A DNA stretch of 64,000 nucleotides from Candidatus Latescibacterota bacterium (GTDB lineage: Bacteria > Latescibacterota > UBA2968 > GCA-2709665). The position numbers and the translations under genes were made by a program. The notes below the pieces were generated by a model, which had not been told where the DNA came from, did no database searches, and worked only from the letters and a program-made list of their open reading frames with translations. Of the stretch, positions 39,173-48,986 are shown piece by piece (position 1 is the stretch's first letter; every line of letters starts with the position of its first letter). The DNA lies in the NCBI GenBank assembly GCA_965203805.1, contig OZ241917.1, positions 3,808,001-3,872,000 of the forward strand. The letters are read 5' to 3'.

Positions 39173-39388
39173 TCAAATCTTTGGCTGATTACGCATTTTC
39201 TTAATTTCGCCAAGGATCTCTTCCAATGTCATATCCTCGAAAATGCGCTCCCTCTCCTGGGTGTAATTACCATAACCAATCGCAAATTGATTGATGAACC
39301 GTATCGTATTCGCAATTCCAATCTCTTTGGAAAGCACTTCAAGGGCGTCCTTGGTTATTTCACTCAAAGCCTTTTCCTGAATCGTCAT
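39173..39388 (-). CDS. Small putative antitoxin (PIN-associated type)
   Basis: ALEVLSKEIGIANTIRFINQF..GYGNYTQER pattern, recalled as typically lying downstream of PIN genes. ATGA overlap with the upstream remnant. Confidence 0.7.
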   Translation of the reverse strand: MTIQEKALSEITKDALEVLSKEIGIANTIRFINQFAIGYGNYTQERERIFEDMTLEEILGEIKKMRNQPKI

Positions 39389-39500
39389 TCCTCAATCTCC
39401 GATATGAGTTCGGTGGGAGAAACAAACTGCGCCCAGTAGTTTCCCGATTCATCTGCTTGACTAAGCCATCGTCGATCACTGGCGAAGAATGTGATATGTA
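39385..39500 (-). pseudogene. C-terminal remnant of a PIN-domain toxin
   Basis: In-frame TFFASDRRWLSQA...VSPTELISEIEE* resembles PIN C-termini (FxTxDxxL...VxPxEL); no recognisable N-terminus. Confidence 0.5.
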
Positions 39501-39564
39501 TTACAAGTCATTGATTTTATTCGCTTTTTCTGATCAAATGGTCTCTCTTATGAGAATTTCGATT

Positions 39565-39593
39565 TTGACAGATGAACAAATGTATAGTATATT
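39565..39593 (+). promoter_or_regulatory. Sigma70-like promoter for darG-darT
   Basis: TTGACA-N17-TATATT. Confidence 0.65.
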
Positions 39594-39735
39594 AACACAG
39601 GTAATCTATCCGAGTCAGTTTTAGTTTTTTTGCCGCTGAATGGCCCCTGAGAAAAGGAATTGACCGATTTTTGCATTGAGCGCTATACTACATTCAGTCA
39701 TATACAATCGCTCAAATTAGAAAGGTCAAAGGATA

Positions 39736-40665
39736 ATGATCACCTACGTGTTAGGGAATTTGTTCGAATCCCCGGCTCGGGTTCTTGTGAATACGGTTAA
39801 TACCGTAGGGGTCATGGGCAAAGGAGTCGCGAAGGATTTCAAGCGGATATACCCAGAGATGTTTCGTGAATATCAGAAGCATTGCGAAACGAAACGGCTT
39901 ACGGTGGGTAAGCTCTGGCTCTACAAAACTCCAAACAAATGGATTCTCAATTTTCCAACTAAGACAACCTGGCGTAAACCATCGGAAATAGAATACATCG
40001 AGAGTGGCTTAAGTACCTTCGTAAGGGAATATGCGAAACGAGGTATAACTAGCATAGCGTTTCCACCTTTGGGATGTGGAAACGGTGAACTGGATTGGGA
40101 ACGACAGGTCCAACCTTTGATGGTAAGGTACCTGGGAAAGCTCCCGATTGACATTTTTGTGCATATATATGGACAGGGTCCGATAGTTCCAGAACATAGA
40201 GACATGAAAACAATGGCGAGTTGGTTAAGGTCCGATCTTGAATCTCTAGGGTTTTTGGAGGTATGGAAGGATTTGACTGAAATGATCGGATCTGGTATAG
40301 ATTTAAGTACAATGCCTGATCGCGAAATCTTCCACGTTGAGGTTATTTCTGAACTCGACGAACTGGGAATCTGTTTTCATATCGACAACCAGAAAACCTT
40401 TATCCCAGAAGAGGAGATACTTGAACTGTGGACTGCAATCCGAAATTGCGGCTTTGTCATTCCGTCAATTATGCCAGCAGGTTTAGATGAAATTTCGAAT
40501 CAGTTAGTCGCACTTTTTTCGAAACTACCTTATTGTCGGCCGGTGTCAGCTAGCAATGACTATTTCACATTGCGTTCACGCCACAGCATTGGGCTTCAGC
40601 TGTTACCTCAAGCAGTTCCACCTAAGATATTTGAGCAATTCCCTTTTGAGTTTAAACCAGTATGA
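39736..40665 (+). CDS. darG: Macrodomain protein, DarG-like DNA ADP-ribosylglycohydrolase antitoxin
   Basis: GNLF, LVNTVNTVGVMGKGVA, NFPTKTTW and SIAFPPLGCGNGELDW. Confidence 0.87.
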   Translation: MITYVLGNLFESPARVLVNTVNTVGVMGKGVAKDFKRIYPEMFREYQKHCETKRLTVGKLWLYKTPNKWILNFPTKTTWRKPSEIEYIESGLSTFVREYAKRGITSIAFPPLGCGNGELDWERQVQPLMVRYLGKLPIDIFVHIYGQGPIVPEHRDMKTMASWLRSDLESLGFLEVWKDLTEMIGSGIDLSTMPDREIFHVEVISELDELGICFHIDNQKTFIPEEEILELWTAIRNCGFVIPSIMPAGLDEISNQLVALFSKLPYCRPVSASNDYFTLRSRHSIGLQLLPQAVPPKIFEQFPFEFKPV

Positions 40666-41663
40666 CGAAGTATTTAAAACAAAATGCGGAGAAAATCGTT
40701 GCTCACTTTCGGTCAATTAAACAAGAGGATTGGTTACAAGAATCGCAACGTTGGTGGCCAGGCCACTTGTTCCACTTCACGGATCTGACAAATGCGGCGA
40801 AGATTCTTTGTGATGGCAAATTATCGTCTCGCTCCCAGCTGGAACGAACGGGAGGTTTGATTACGGACATTGCAAGCCCCGAGATAATTTCATCTACAGG
40901 TTCGCAATGGAAAGAGTATGTGCGATTCTATTTTCGGCCGCGCACACCTACACAATACAGAAACGAGGGTTTTCGCCCAGTTTGCAAGCGGGAATTTGGA
41001 GCTCATTGCCCCGTACCAGTTAGTTTTATTTTTGATGCCGAACCAATCCTGACGAACAAGACTACTCTGTTTAGTATTGGAAATTTGGCCGCTGGAGCCG
41101 AGACAGGACACACTGCTGATTTCTTCCAATCGCTCCCCTTCGAGAAGATTTATCATGATCGTAGTTTGTGGGAAATGAATGAAAGTGAAAAGCGCAATAT
41201 TGTCTTCCATCGCCATGCGGAAGTTATAGTCCCGAACTTTATTGATCTATCCACTTTAAAGCTGATCAGTTGTCGGTCCCAAGCCGAATTTGAGACTCTG
41301 ATTTATTCGCTTCCATGGAGAGTGAAACAAAAGTGGTCAAGACACATTGGTGTCAGTCGGAGTTCAATGCTGTTCTTTGGACAATGGCCCTTTTTGGAAA
41401 GAGCTGATCTCAGTATATCGACCAACTCTTTCAGTTTCAACCCATCGGCGAACACTGGTCCTTTTCATGCGAAGATTGAACTTACAGAGACCAGGACAGA
41501 GAAGATTTATGTATGGGAGAAGAAAGACTTCCACGCGAGCGGTACGTTGTCGCTTGACCTGCCAAATTTAGCTAATCCAGAGAGCTATACCGTGAAATTT
41601 TCGCTTGATGGTCATTTGGCTTACGAAAACCGATATTTGGATGATTCAGCGTTACCTTTTTGA
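40662..41663 (+). CDS. darT: DarT-family (DUF4433) ssDNA ADP-ribosyltransferase toxin with a C-terminal extension
   Basis: LFHFTDLTN, LSSR, YVRFYFRPRTPTQY and catalytic-Glu motif HAEVIVP. ATGA overlap with darG. Confidence 0.87.
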   Translation: MTKYLKQNAEKIVAHFRSIKQEDWLQESQRWWPGHLFHFTDLTNAAKILCDGKLSSRSQLERTGGLITDIASPEIISSTGSQWKEYVRFYFRPRTPTQYRNEGFRPVCKREFGAHCPVPVSFIFDAEPILTNKTTLFSIGNLAAGAETGHTADFFQSLPFEKIYHDRSLWEMNESEKRNIVFHRHAEVIVPNFIDLSTLKLISCRSQAEFETLIYSLPWRVKQKWSRHIGVSRSSMLFFGQWPFLERADLSISTNSFSFNPSANTGPFHAKIELTETRTEKIYVWEKKDFHASGTLSLDLPNLANPESYTVKFSLDGHLAYENRYLDDSALPF

Positions 41664-41997
41664 ACCATCTCACATCGTTTGATTTTGGATTCATGGCGGC
41701 CGAGACGGCCGCCATAGTTTTTTGTTCGGAGTCTCGTAAAGCTCTCATACTGTAAACATACGATACCGGTAACACAACACTGATCCGAACTGCGAATCTT
41801 CGAATGTTTCGGCTTGGCGGCAAGCAACGTGAATCGTTCCAGAAATTCGACCTGCGCTGAGATGGATTGCCACCAAACTCTGCCCAATTGTACAATTGAC
41901 GAATACGGTATTCTTGTCCGCCAAACGCAGGAAACGGACGAGAATATGACCGAACGGAACCAATACTCAAATGACAGATGAAATATCGCATCGGTTT

Positions 41998-43344
41998 TCA
42001 GCGTCGCGTCTGAAGCGCGTCGTCGACGGCCGAAACCAGCTGATCGATGTGCCGGTCTTCCATCGGCAATGAGACGTTGCCGCCGAGTTTCCAGTATATC
42101 CCCCGGTTGAGCAGGGCGAAGAACAGCCACCGGTGCAACTGCTGGTTGTCGCGGGCGGCCTCCCGGTAGTTGCGGGGTTTTTCGGGAAGAAAGTGGACGC
42201 GGAAGAGGGAACCGGCGGTCGTCACCCCGGCCTGAAGGCCGGCGTCCAGGAAAACGCGTTCGAGCCGGTCGGCAAGGCGCCGGGTGAGCGTATCCAGCCT
42301 TTCGTAGGCGTCCGGCGTGAGCAGTCGAAGGGTCGTGAGGCCCGCGACGACGGCGATGGGGTTGGCGTTATACGTGCCGGAATGGGGAATCTGCGGATTG
42401 CCGCCCGTGGGATTGTAGAGGTCCAGGACGTCGGAGCGTCCGCCGACCACGGCACCGGGGGTGCCGCCGGCGACGACTTTGCCCAGGCACGTCAGGTCCG
42501 GGCGCACGCCATACGTTTCCTGCGCACCGCCGCGGGCAATGCGGAAGCTGACGATCTCGTCGAAGATGAGCAGGATGCCGGCGCGTTCCGTGATTTCGCG
42601 GAGACGAGAAAGGAAGCCGTTAACCGGCAGGGTAAAGCCGGCGGCCGTGGAAAGGGGATCGACCACCACCGCGGCCAGTTCGTCCCGGTGTTCGTTGATG
42701 ATCCCGTCGCAGGCGTCAGGGTCGTTAAACGGGAGGACGATAACATTCCCGATGGCCTCGGGCGTCAGGCCGCGTGAAGAGGGCACGGATTCAGGCCTGT
42801 CGGGCGGCCCCAGAGTCCCGTCTGCGGGAGGAAGATAGCTAACCATAACGTATTCGTCCATCCCGTGGTACGCGCCTTCGAACTTGGCGATTTTCATTCT
42901 GCCGGTGAACGCACGGGCGGCGCGGATGGCATTCAGGATGGCTTCGGTACCCGAGCTGCAGAAGCGCACCTTTTCAAACGAACCGACGCGGTTCTTCAGG
43001 AATTCCGCCATTTCGACTTCGAGGGCCAGCGGCCGCGAGAAGCCTGTGCCCTGGGCTATACGCTCCTGGAGGGCGGCGACGATTTCGGGATGCGCGTGGC
43101 CCAGGATGAGGGCGGTATTGTTGTTCACGAAATCGAGAAGCCTGTGGCCGTCCAGGTCGATGAGGTGAACGCCTTCGCCTCTATCGGCGTAGACCGGGTA
43201 CGGGTCGAAGTGCACGCCGGTGCGCGTATTTCCGCCCGGCAGAGACGCCTGTGCGCGTCTGAACATATCCCGGGATCTCGGGTGGTTGTCCATGTATTCG
43301 GCAATCTGCCGGTCCAGCGATGCCCGTATGGTTCCAGCGTCCAT
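41998..43344 (-). CDS. Class-III PLP aminotransferase (glutamate-1-semialdehyde aminomutase-like)
   Basis: LGHAHP, SSGTEA, FEGAYHG, LIFDEIV, LGKVVAGG and HSGTYNANP. GAGG RBS before the ATG at 43344. Confidence 0.9.
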   Translation of the reverse strand: MDAGTIRASLDRQIAEYMDNHPRSRDMFRRAQASLPGGNTRTGVHFDPYPVYADRGEGVHLIDLDGHRLLDFVNNNTALILGHAHPEIVAALQERIAQGTGFSRPLALEVEMAEFLKNRVGSFEKVRFCSSGTEAILNAIRAARAFTGRMKIAKFEGAYHGMDEYVMVSYLPPADGTLGPPDRPESVPSSRGLTPEAIGNVIVLPFNDPDACDGIINEHRDELAAVVVDPLSTAAGFTLPVNGFLSRLREITERAGILLIFDEIVSFRIARGGAQETYGVRPDLTCLGKVVAGGTPGAVVGGRSDVLDLYNPTGGNPQIPHSGTYNANPIAVVAGLTTLRLLTPDAYERLDTLTRRLADRLERVFLDAGLQAGVTTAGSLFRVHFLPEKPRNYREAARDNQQLHRWLFFALLNRGIYWKLGGNVSLPMEDRHIDQLVSAVDDALQTRR

Positions 43345-43584
43345 GCATTCCTCGCTGCGGGTGTGGCGGGCGTCGAAGACGGAGAGGGGAACTTCCTCCC
43401 GCCGATTTCTCTGAATGGTCTCATAATACCGAAAAATATCACGCCATTTCAACTGTTGTTTGCAGGCTCAGGCAAGGGGTCGGCAGGAGGCGGAAGGGGT
43501 TGACTTACCCCGGATACAGGTGTAGCATATAGGATGTGTTTCAGTCTGGTTGGCGTGATTTCGACGTTGGATGGAGGTGTCGTT

Positions 43585-44571
43585 ATGGCGGGTCTTTCGG
43601 GCGAAGGGTTGCCGGCGCTTACCGGGGACCTCTCGATGGCGAAGTCAAATATCGATCGATTCGGATATTGTTTGCTGAAGGACGCGTTGAGCCAGGACCA
43701 GGTGGCGGCCATGCGGGCAAGGCTGGTGGAGCAGGCGGCGGCGGAGAGACAACTGGGCGCCGCGTACGAAGACGGAGGACCGGACCAGAACTGGGGGTCG
43801 TTCCGGGACGAAACCGGCCGGGTGCGGCCGGACGCCTTCACGGCGGCCGCCGGGGGCGTCAACCAGCGGCTCTGGATGTTGATCAACAAGGGACGGGTGT
43901 TTCACCAGGTGCTGTTTCAGGAGCGGGTGCGGGAGGTGGTGAGCCACGTTCTGGGCGATGAGTACCTGCTTTCCAGCTTTACCGCGAATATCGCCAAGGC
44001 CGGCGGCGTGGAGATGGATCTGCACACCGACCAGTGGTGGATGCCCTCACCCACACGCCCCGGCAGGAAGGCAATGCCGGTGGGCTCGATTACTCGAGAG
44101 CGGTTCGATGCAGACGGAGAAGGAGCGCCGTGGATGATTGCGCCGCCGGCAGCGGTGAACGTGTTGTGGATGCTCGTGGAATTCACCGCCGGAAACGGGG
44201 GGACGCGAGTTGTGCCTGGAAGCCACCTGTTCGGGAGGCAGCCGGAAAAGGATTCGAATGCGGATGCGGTTGCCGCGGAAGGACCGGCCGGCACGGCCCT
44301 GGTCATCGACGCGCGAATCTGGCATGGTACCGGGGCCAACGTGACCGGGGGCGAAAGGCTTGCGCTGCTTACGACCTTCTGCGGGCCGCAGTTCCGGCCC
44401 CAGGAAAATCTCACCGTGGGCACGTCGCCGGAGGTGTTGAACGACGCCTCTCCTGAGTTGCTGGCGCTGCTGGGATTCAAGGTGTGGAACGCGTACGGCC
44501 GCATCGAAAACCCGGCGGTGGAGTTCATTTCGCCTGGCGAATCGTCGCTGGGAGCACTGCGGCCGGAGTAA
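43585..44571 (+). CDS. Phytanoyl-CoA dioxygenase (PhyH) family protein
   Basis: LHTDQ, NGGTRVVPGSH, IWHGTGAN and RPQEN. GGAGG RBS before 43585. Confidence 0.88.
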   Translation: MAGLSGEGLPALTGDLSMAKSNIDRFGYCLLKDALSQDQVAAMRARLVEQAAAERQLGAAYEDGGPDQNWGSFRDETGRVRPDAFTAAAGGVNQRLWMLINKGRVFHQVLFQERVREVVSHVLGDEYLLSSFTANIAKAGGVEMDLHTDQWWMPSPTRPGRKAMPVGSITRERFDADGEGAPWMIAPPAAVNVLWMLVEFTAGNGGTRVVPGSHLFGRQPEKDSNADAVAAEGPAGTALVIDARIWHGTGANVTGGERLALLTTFCGPQFRPQENLTVGTSPEVLNDASPELLALLGFKVWNAYGRIENPAVEFISPGESSLGALRPE

Positions 44572-44575
44572 CGCA

Positions 44576-44839
44576 ATGGCGCCCCGAGAGCGGGTTGAAC
44601 GCAGGACCATTTCGATCCACTGCGCCAGGTGCCGGACGTTGCTCTACAAGTACCGCAAAGGCGGCCGGGGCGGGCTGGTCAAGTGCATCGTGGAACGGAT
44701 TGTGGAGGACAACACTCACGGAGATCTGAAGTGTCCGGACTGCGGCCAGGCATTTGCGCGGGACCGGATGATGGGCGGGCGGCCGGCGCACAAGATCATC
44801 CAGGGCAAGGTGTATACCAGGGGGATGTCGAGAAAGTGA
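44576..44839 (+). CDS. Small zinc-ribbon protein
   Basis: CARC...YRKGGRGGLVKC...CPDC; lies within an apparent operon. Confidence 0.75.
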   Translation: MAPRERVERRTISIHCARCRTLLYKYRKGGRGGLVKCIVERIVEDNTHGDLKCPDCGQAFARDRMMGGRPAHKIIQGKVYTRGMSRK

Positions 44840-44858
44840 TTTCAGTCAGGAGACGATA

Positions 44859-45398
44859 ATGGCCGAAGGACGCGCGACGTTCGGAGGAGGATGCTTCTGG
44901 TGCGTGGAAGCGTTTTATCAGGACCTGAATGGGGTGCTGGAGGTGGTTTCCGGCTATGCGGGAGGGTCGGCCCCGAATCCGACCTACCATGAGGTCTGCG
45001 AGGGAATCACGGGCCATGCCGAGGTGGTTCAGATCCGATTCGATCCCGACTCGGTTTCCTACGGGGACCTGCTGGACGTTTTCTGGCGCACACACGACCC
45101 CACAACGCTGAACCGCCAGGGGGCGGACGTGGGCACACAGTACCGGTCGGTGATACTCTATCACGACGAGCAACAGCGGGCGGAAGCGGAACGATCCATG
45201 GCGGAGACGGATGCGTCGGACCTTTGGTCGGACCCGATCGTGACGGAGGTCTCGCCGCTGACGGAATTTTACCGGGCCGAGGATTACCATCAGAACTACT
45301 ACCGTTCGAATCGCGACCAGCCGTATTGCATGTTCGTTATTGATCCGAAGATGCAGTGGTTCAGAAAGGCGTTTCAGGAACGGTTGAAGACAGGGTAA
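44859..45398 (+). CDS. msrA: Peptide-methionine (S)-S-oxide reductase
   Basis: GGGCFWC, GHAEVV, HDPT, QGADVGTQYRS and AEDYHQNY. Confidence 0.97.
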   Translation: MAEGRATFGGGCFWCVEAFYQDLNGVLEVVSGYAGGSAPNPTYHEVCEGITGHAEVVQIRFDPDSVSYGDLLDVFWRTHDPTTLNRQGADVGTQYRSVILYHDEQQRAEAERSMAETDASDLWSDPIVTEVSPLTEFYRAEDYHQNYYRSNRDQPYCMFVIDPKMQWFRKAFQERLKTG

Positions 45399-45402
45399 CG
45401 GG

Positions 45403-47628
45403 ATGGCCGACGGGAGGTATGGATTCACACTGGCGGTGACGTCGGCGCTGCCCATGGATCTTGGGCGCATTCCGATGTCGGTGGAGATCGATTTCGGCCG
45501 TATGGCGCGGCAGGTCGACGCCATGGGGGTTTTCGACCCGAATTCCATTGAAGTCGTCAATGCGGTTTCGGGTGAGGCGATCGCGTTCGCCCGCACCGAG
45601 GACTTCGCCTATGGCGACCGGGGAAGGATCGAATGGACGATCGACGATCCCACCCATACGGAGTACGAGATCCGCTTTCGCACCGCGCCCGAGAGACCGC
45701 CGTTGCGGCCGCAGGAGTACACGCCCATGATCGGCGTCGGAGATCTGCTGCGGTACAATGCGGGGGCGCCGCGCCCGATATCACTCGCCCATTCGATGCG
45801 GCTCGTAGACATCACCGGCAACGGTCGCGCCGATCTGGCGGGCTGCTGGAATTACTATTACCGACCGGGGTCGCCGGTCAGCGGGATCGTATGTTATCCC
45901 CGTGAAGGGCCGGATGAGGACTTCACGTTCGGAGATCTCGTCCGGTTGCGGTACCTGGAAGAGCGGGGATCGCGCGAACTCAAGCAATTCCCGGACGTGT
46001 ACGCCGAGGCGGATTTTGGGGATCTGACCGGTAACGGGCTGCCTGATATCGTGTACGCGGGAATGCGTGATAATGGAGTGACGGTCTACCTCAATTCAGG
46101 AACGCGAGACGGGGGCGGGTTGCCCGTCTTCGTGAAGGACATTGAGATTCCTGCGCCGGTTGCCCAGAACGCCGGGATTCAGATCGTCGATCTGAGCGGG
46201 AACGCCACGCTGGATTTGGTGGTCAACGGACATTATATCCGGAATCTGAATCCGGACGGCTGGCCGTTCATAGCCGCCGATCCGGTGGATCTCTCGGTTG
46301 GAAAGCAACTCGCGTTTATGGATCTGGACGGTGACGGCCTGCCGGACGTTATGGCGATGCCGGTTGGCGGGTGCGACCATCCACTCACCTGGCGGAAGCA
46401 TCTGGGCGGTGACCCGCCCCGGTTCGGGCCGGAACGGAAGCTGAACGGCCTGGAACACGAATTCTGCAGCCGGCTCGGCACGGTAACGGACGGCAAACGG
46501 AGCGGCATTCTGGTGCAGCACAATATGTACCAGAATCTTTCATTCTACGAGTTGATTGGCGCGCGCGGCGGCCAGCCGCGTTTCGAACACCGGGGAAGAG
46601 CCCGCTCGATCTCGGCGGTGATGTCATTGAGCGATCAGGCGTGGCCTTGTTCGTGCGACTGGAACGGCGACGGTGTCTTCGACCTCGTCATCGGAGGGGG
46701 TTACGGGTGGCCTCGCGTGGTCGTCAACAACCGGAGCAATGAGCGGCCGGCCTGGTCGGAGCCTGAGGTGATCTGTTCCGAGGGCAAACCCATCCGGGTA
46801 ATGCGCGACGAGATTTTGCACAGCCGTCACTGGCACAATATGGGGTACCCGTATCCCGTATTCGTGGACTGGGACGGCGACGGCCTTCCGGACCTGATGT
46901 TGCCGAACGAAACGAACCGGATCGTCTGGTATCGAAATACCGGAACGCCGGATGAACCCGGGTTTGGCCCCCGCAGGTTTCTTGAAGTGGATGGATTCCC
47001 GGATTCCGATGAGCTTCGTGCGGAATCTGGCAAGGCGGCGGCCGACGAGACCCTCCCCAACAGTCCCTATCCCCGCGATGCGCGTTCGCCGTTTTTCTGG
47101 CGGTCCGGCGCGGCGTTCGCGGACTGGAACGGCGACGGGATGATGGATTTCATCGCACACGACCATACGCGCAAAGCGACGCTGTTCCTTCAGTATCGGG
47201 ACGACGAGGGCCGCCGCAGACTCAAACGAGGCGATCATGTGCGGCTGGTGGACGGGCGGAAGATCGACGATTCCATCGTGGGCCGGACAAAGCACTGGAC
47301 CGAATCTTTCCGCGCCGTGGATTGGGACGGGAACGGGTTGATCGACCTGGTGTATAACCTTGCCGGGACGGGAAAGATCTACCTGCTGCGCAACGTGGGT
47401 TCTACGGATGCGCCGGTTTTCGACCTTCCGAGAGAATTCAGGTGCTACGGCGAGGAGATTGCGTTTACCGTACATGGCCCGAACGCGTGGCCTGGAGACC
47501 TGAATGGCGACGGAAAGCCCGATCTGCTGGGATGCGTGGAGTGGAGCGTGTACCCGTTTTTCTGTCACGCGGCCCTGGAGATGGAGCGTCACCCCGCGTA
47601 CACGATCGGGCCGGTGCTGGACCTATAG
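45403..47628 (+). CDS. FG-GAP/VCBS-like repeat protein
   Basis: Repeated DWNGDG/DWDGDGLPDL/DLNGDGKPDL calcium-binding motifs. Confidence 0.85.
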   Translation: MADGRYGFTLAVTSALPMDLGRIPMSVEIDFGRMARQVDAMGVFDPNSIEVVNAVSGEAIAFARTEDFAYGDRGRIEWTIDDPTHTEYEIRFRTAPERPPLRPQEYTPMIGVGDLLRYNAGAPRPISLAHSMRLVDITGNGRADLAGCWNYYYRPGSPVSGIVCYPREGPDEDFTFGDLVRLRYLEERGSRELKQFPDVYAEADFGDLTGNGLPDIVYAGMRDNGVTVYLNSGTRDGGGLPVFVKDIEIPAPVAQNAGIQIVDLSGNATLDLVVNGHYIRNLNPDGWPFIAADPVDLSVGKQLAFMDLDGDGLPDVMAMPVGGCDHPLTWRKHLGGDPPRFGPERKLNGLEHEFCSRLGTVTDGKRSGILVQHNMYQNLSFYELIGARGGQPRFEHRGRARSISAVMSLSDQAWPCSCDWNGDGVFDLVIGGGYGWPRVVVNNRSNERPAWSEPEVICSEGKPIRVMRDEILHSRHWHNMGYPYPVFVDWDGDGLPDLMLPNETNRIVWYRNTGTPDEPGFGPRRFLEVDGFPDSDELRAESGKAAADETLPNSPYPRDARSPFFWRSGAAFADWNGDGMMDFIAHDHTRKATLFLQYRDDEGRRRLKRGDHVRLVDGRKIDDSIVGRTKHWTESFRAVDWDGNGLIDLVYNLAGTGKIYLLRNVGSTDAPVFDLPREFRCYGEEIAFTVHGPNAWPGDLNGDGKPDLLGCVEWSVYPFFCHAALEMERHPAYTIGPVLDL

Positions 47629-47694
47629 CCTCAAATTGAAGAAAGAAAGCCGTAAAATCGGCCACAAGAAGCACAAAAGGCACAGAAGGTATCG

Positions 47695-47842
47695 GTGCGA
47701 AACGGGGCGTAAAGGTCGTCCGGAAGGACATTTCTTCCGTTCACGTCCAGTGCCTGAAGGTTTCCGGGAATCCGACGTCAAATCGCATTTATCAACTTAC
47801 GTACATTCGATATAACGTCACCCGGGAATGACGATTCAAGGT
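47695..47842 (-). mobile_element. Diverged, truncated copy of the 193-bp MITE-like element
   Basis: Minus strand ACCTTGAATCGTCATT...CTTCAGGCACTGGACGTGAACGGAAGAAATGTCCTTCCGGACGACCTTT matches the 51.7 and 52.1 kb copies. Confidence 0.7.
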
Positions 47843-48693
47843 CAATCCGTCGTCGATGATTTGGTGATGGCCTGCCGGCGTGCGTCGTCAAGCGCGCGGT
47901 AGCAGGATTCCGCGGCGTGCCACGGGTTGTAGCCGGGCCGACCCCAGATCATGGCGCTGACTTCCGCGCCGACGGGTACTCCGGTACCGGCGTCGAGCAG
48001 GGCCTGGAAATATGCGACGAGGTCAAGGCTGCCTTCGCCAGGCAACAGGAAGGTCACGGCGCCGCCTTCCATGTACCCGTCTTTGATGTGAATGTGGACG
48101 GTGTGAGGAAGGCAGAGATACGCGGCGCGTTTGAGGTCGATGTCCTGCACGTGAAAATGGCTGTGGTCGAAGTGGATTTTAAGGTTGGGATGGCGGGTGT
48201 TCTCCATGAGCCACGCCGCTTTTTCGGGCGTGTCGAAGATCGCGCCGACGTGCGGTTCCACGGCCAGGATCACGTGATGCCCGGCTGCAATGTCCGCGAG
48301 TTCGACCAAATCGGCGGCGACGGTCTCCCTGTCGGTTGCCCAGTCAGTGAGGGGGCCGCTCACCGTGGTGGTGACGATGCCGGGGGCATCCCCATCATTC
48401 AGGTCGCCGGCGAGGACGCAGTTCTGTATGAAGCGGGCTCGCATCGCCCGCCGGTCGCTGCCCCGGGCGCACGTGGCAACCGGGCCGAAGAGGGCCGGCG
48501 CAAGGAAGCCCAGATCGCGCAATGTTCCGGCAAGTTTTCGCCGTGCGTTCCGGTCCAGCTTCCCGGGCGCGGTGGGCCATGCGTCGCCAACGGCGATTTC
48601 GATGGCGTCGTAGCCGATCGCTCGGATCTTCGGCAGGGCTTCGAATACGTCGACACGCTGTGTGGCGTAGGTGCTGAAACCGATGGGGACCAT
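47842..48693 (-). CDS. Sugar phosphate isomerase/epimerase (xylose-isomerase-like TIM barrel)
   Basis: GYDAIE, AVEPH, HFDHSHF, HIHIKD, PGEG and AEVS. Confidence 0.88.
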   Translation of the reverse strand: MVPIGFSTYATQRVDVFEALPKIRAIGYDAIEIAVGDAWPTAPGKLDRNARRKLAGTLRDLGFLAPALFGPVATCARGSDRRAMRARFIQNCVLAGDLNDGDAPGIVTTTVSGPLTDWATDRETVAADLVELADIAAGHHVILAVEPHVGAIFDTPEKAAWLMENTRHPNLKIHFDHSHFHVQDIDLKRAAYLCLPHTVHIHIKDGYMEGGAVTFLLPGEGSLDLVAYFQALLDAGTGVPVGAEVSAMIWGRPGYNPWHAAESCYRALDDARRQAITKSSTTD

Positions 48694-48764
48694 ATCAAAA
48701 CCGAATAAAGGAAGAATGAAGAATGAAAAACCTGAAAGCGGTGAGACGGGACGTACCTCCTATG

Positions 48765-48872
48765 CCCCTTCCCACGGGGAGGGGGAACGGTGACCCGCTC
48801 GCGGTGCCCTGGTCTTGCTTCAAGCTGTCTGCTCCCCCTCTCCCCTTGGGAGAGGGGGTTGGGGGGTGAGGG
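48765..48872. repeat. Composite GC-rich double-hairpin REP-like repeat
   Basis: CCCCTTCCC..GGGAGGGGGAA..GTGACCCGCTC..CTCCCCCTCTCCCC..GGGAGAGGGGG; closely similar copy at 59234-59337. Confidence 0.75.
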
Positions 48873-48986
48873 TTTCCCACGGGAAAGGGCCGGAGCGAGG
48901 TTGCTGCTTTTCGAAGATAGCGAACGAATCCCCTGTGTCAAGGCGCGTCGGGATGGAGGCACGGAGTTTCAAAAAGAGAGCTCGAT

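Noticed and set aside
41998-43344. Assignment as hemL
   Set aside because: Class-III motifs are present, but there is no heme-pathway context and the sequence looks like a divergent paralogue.
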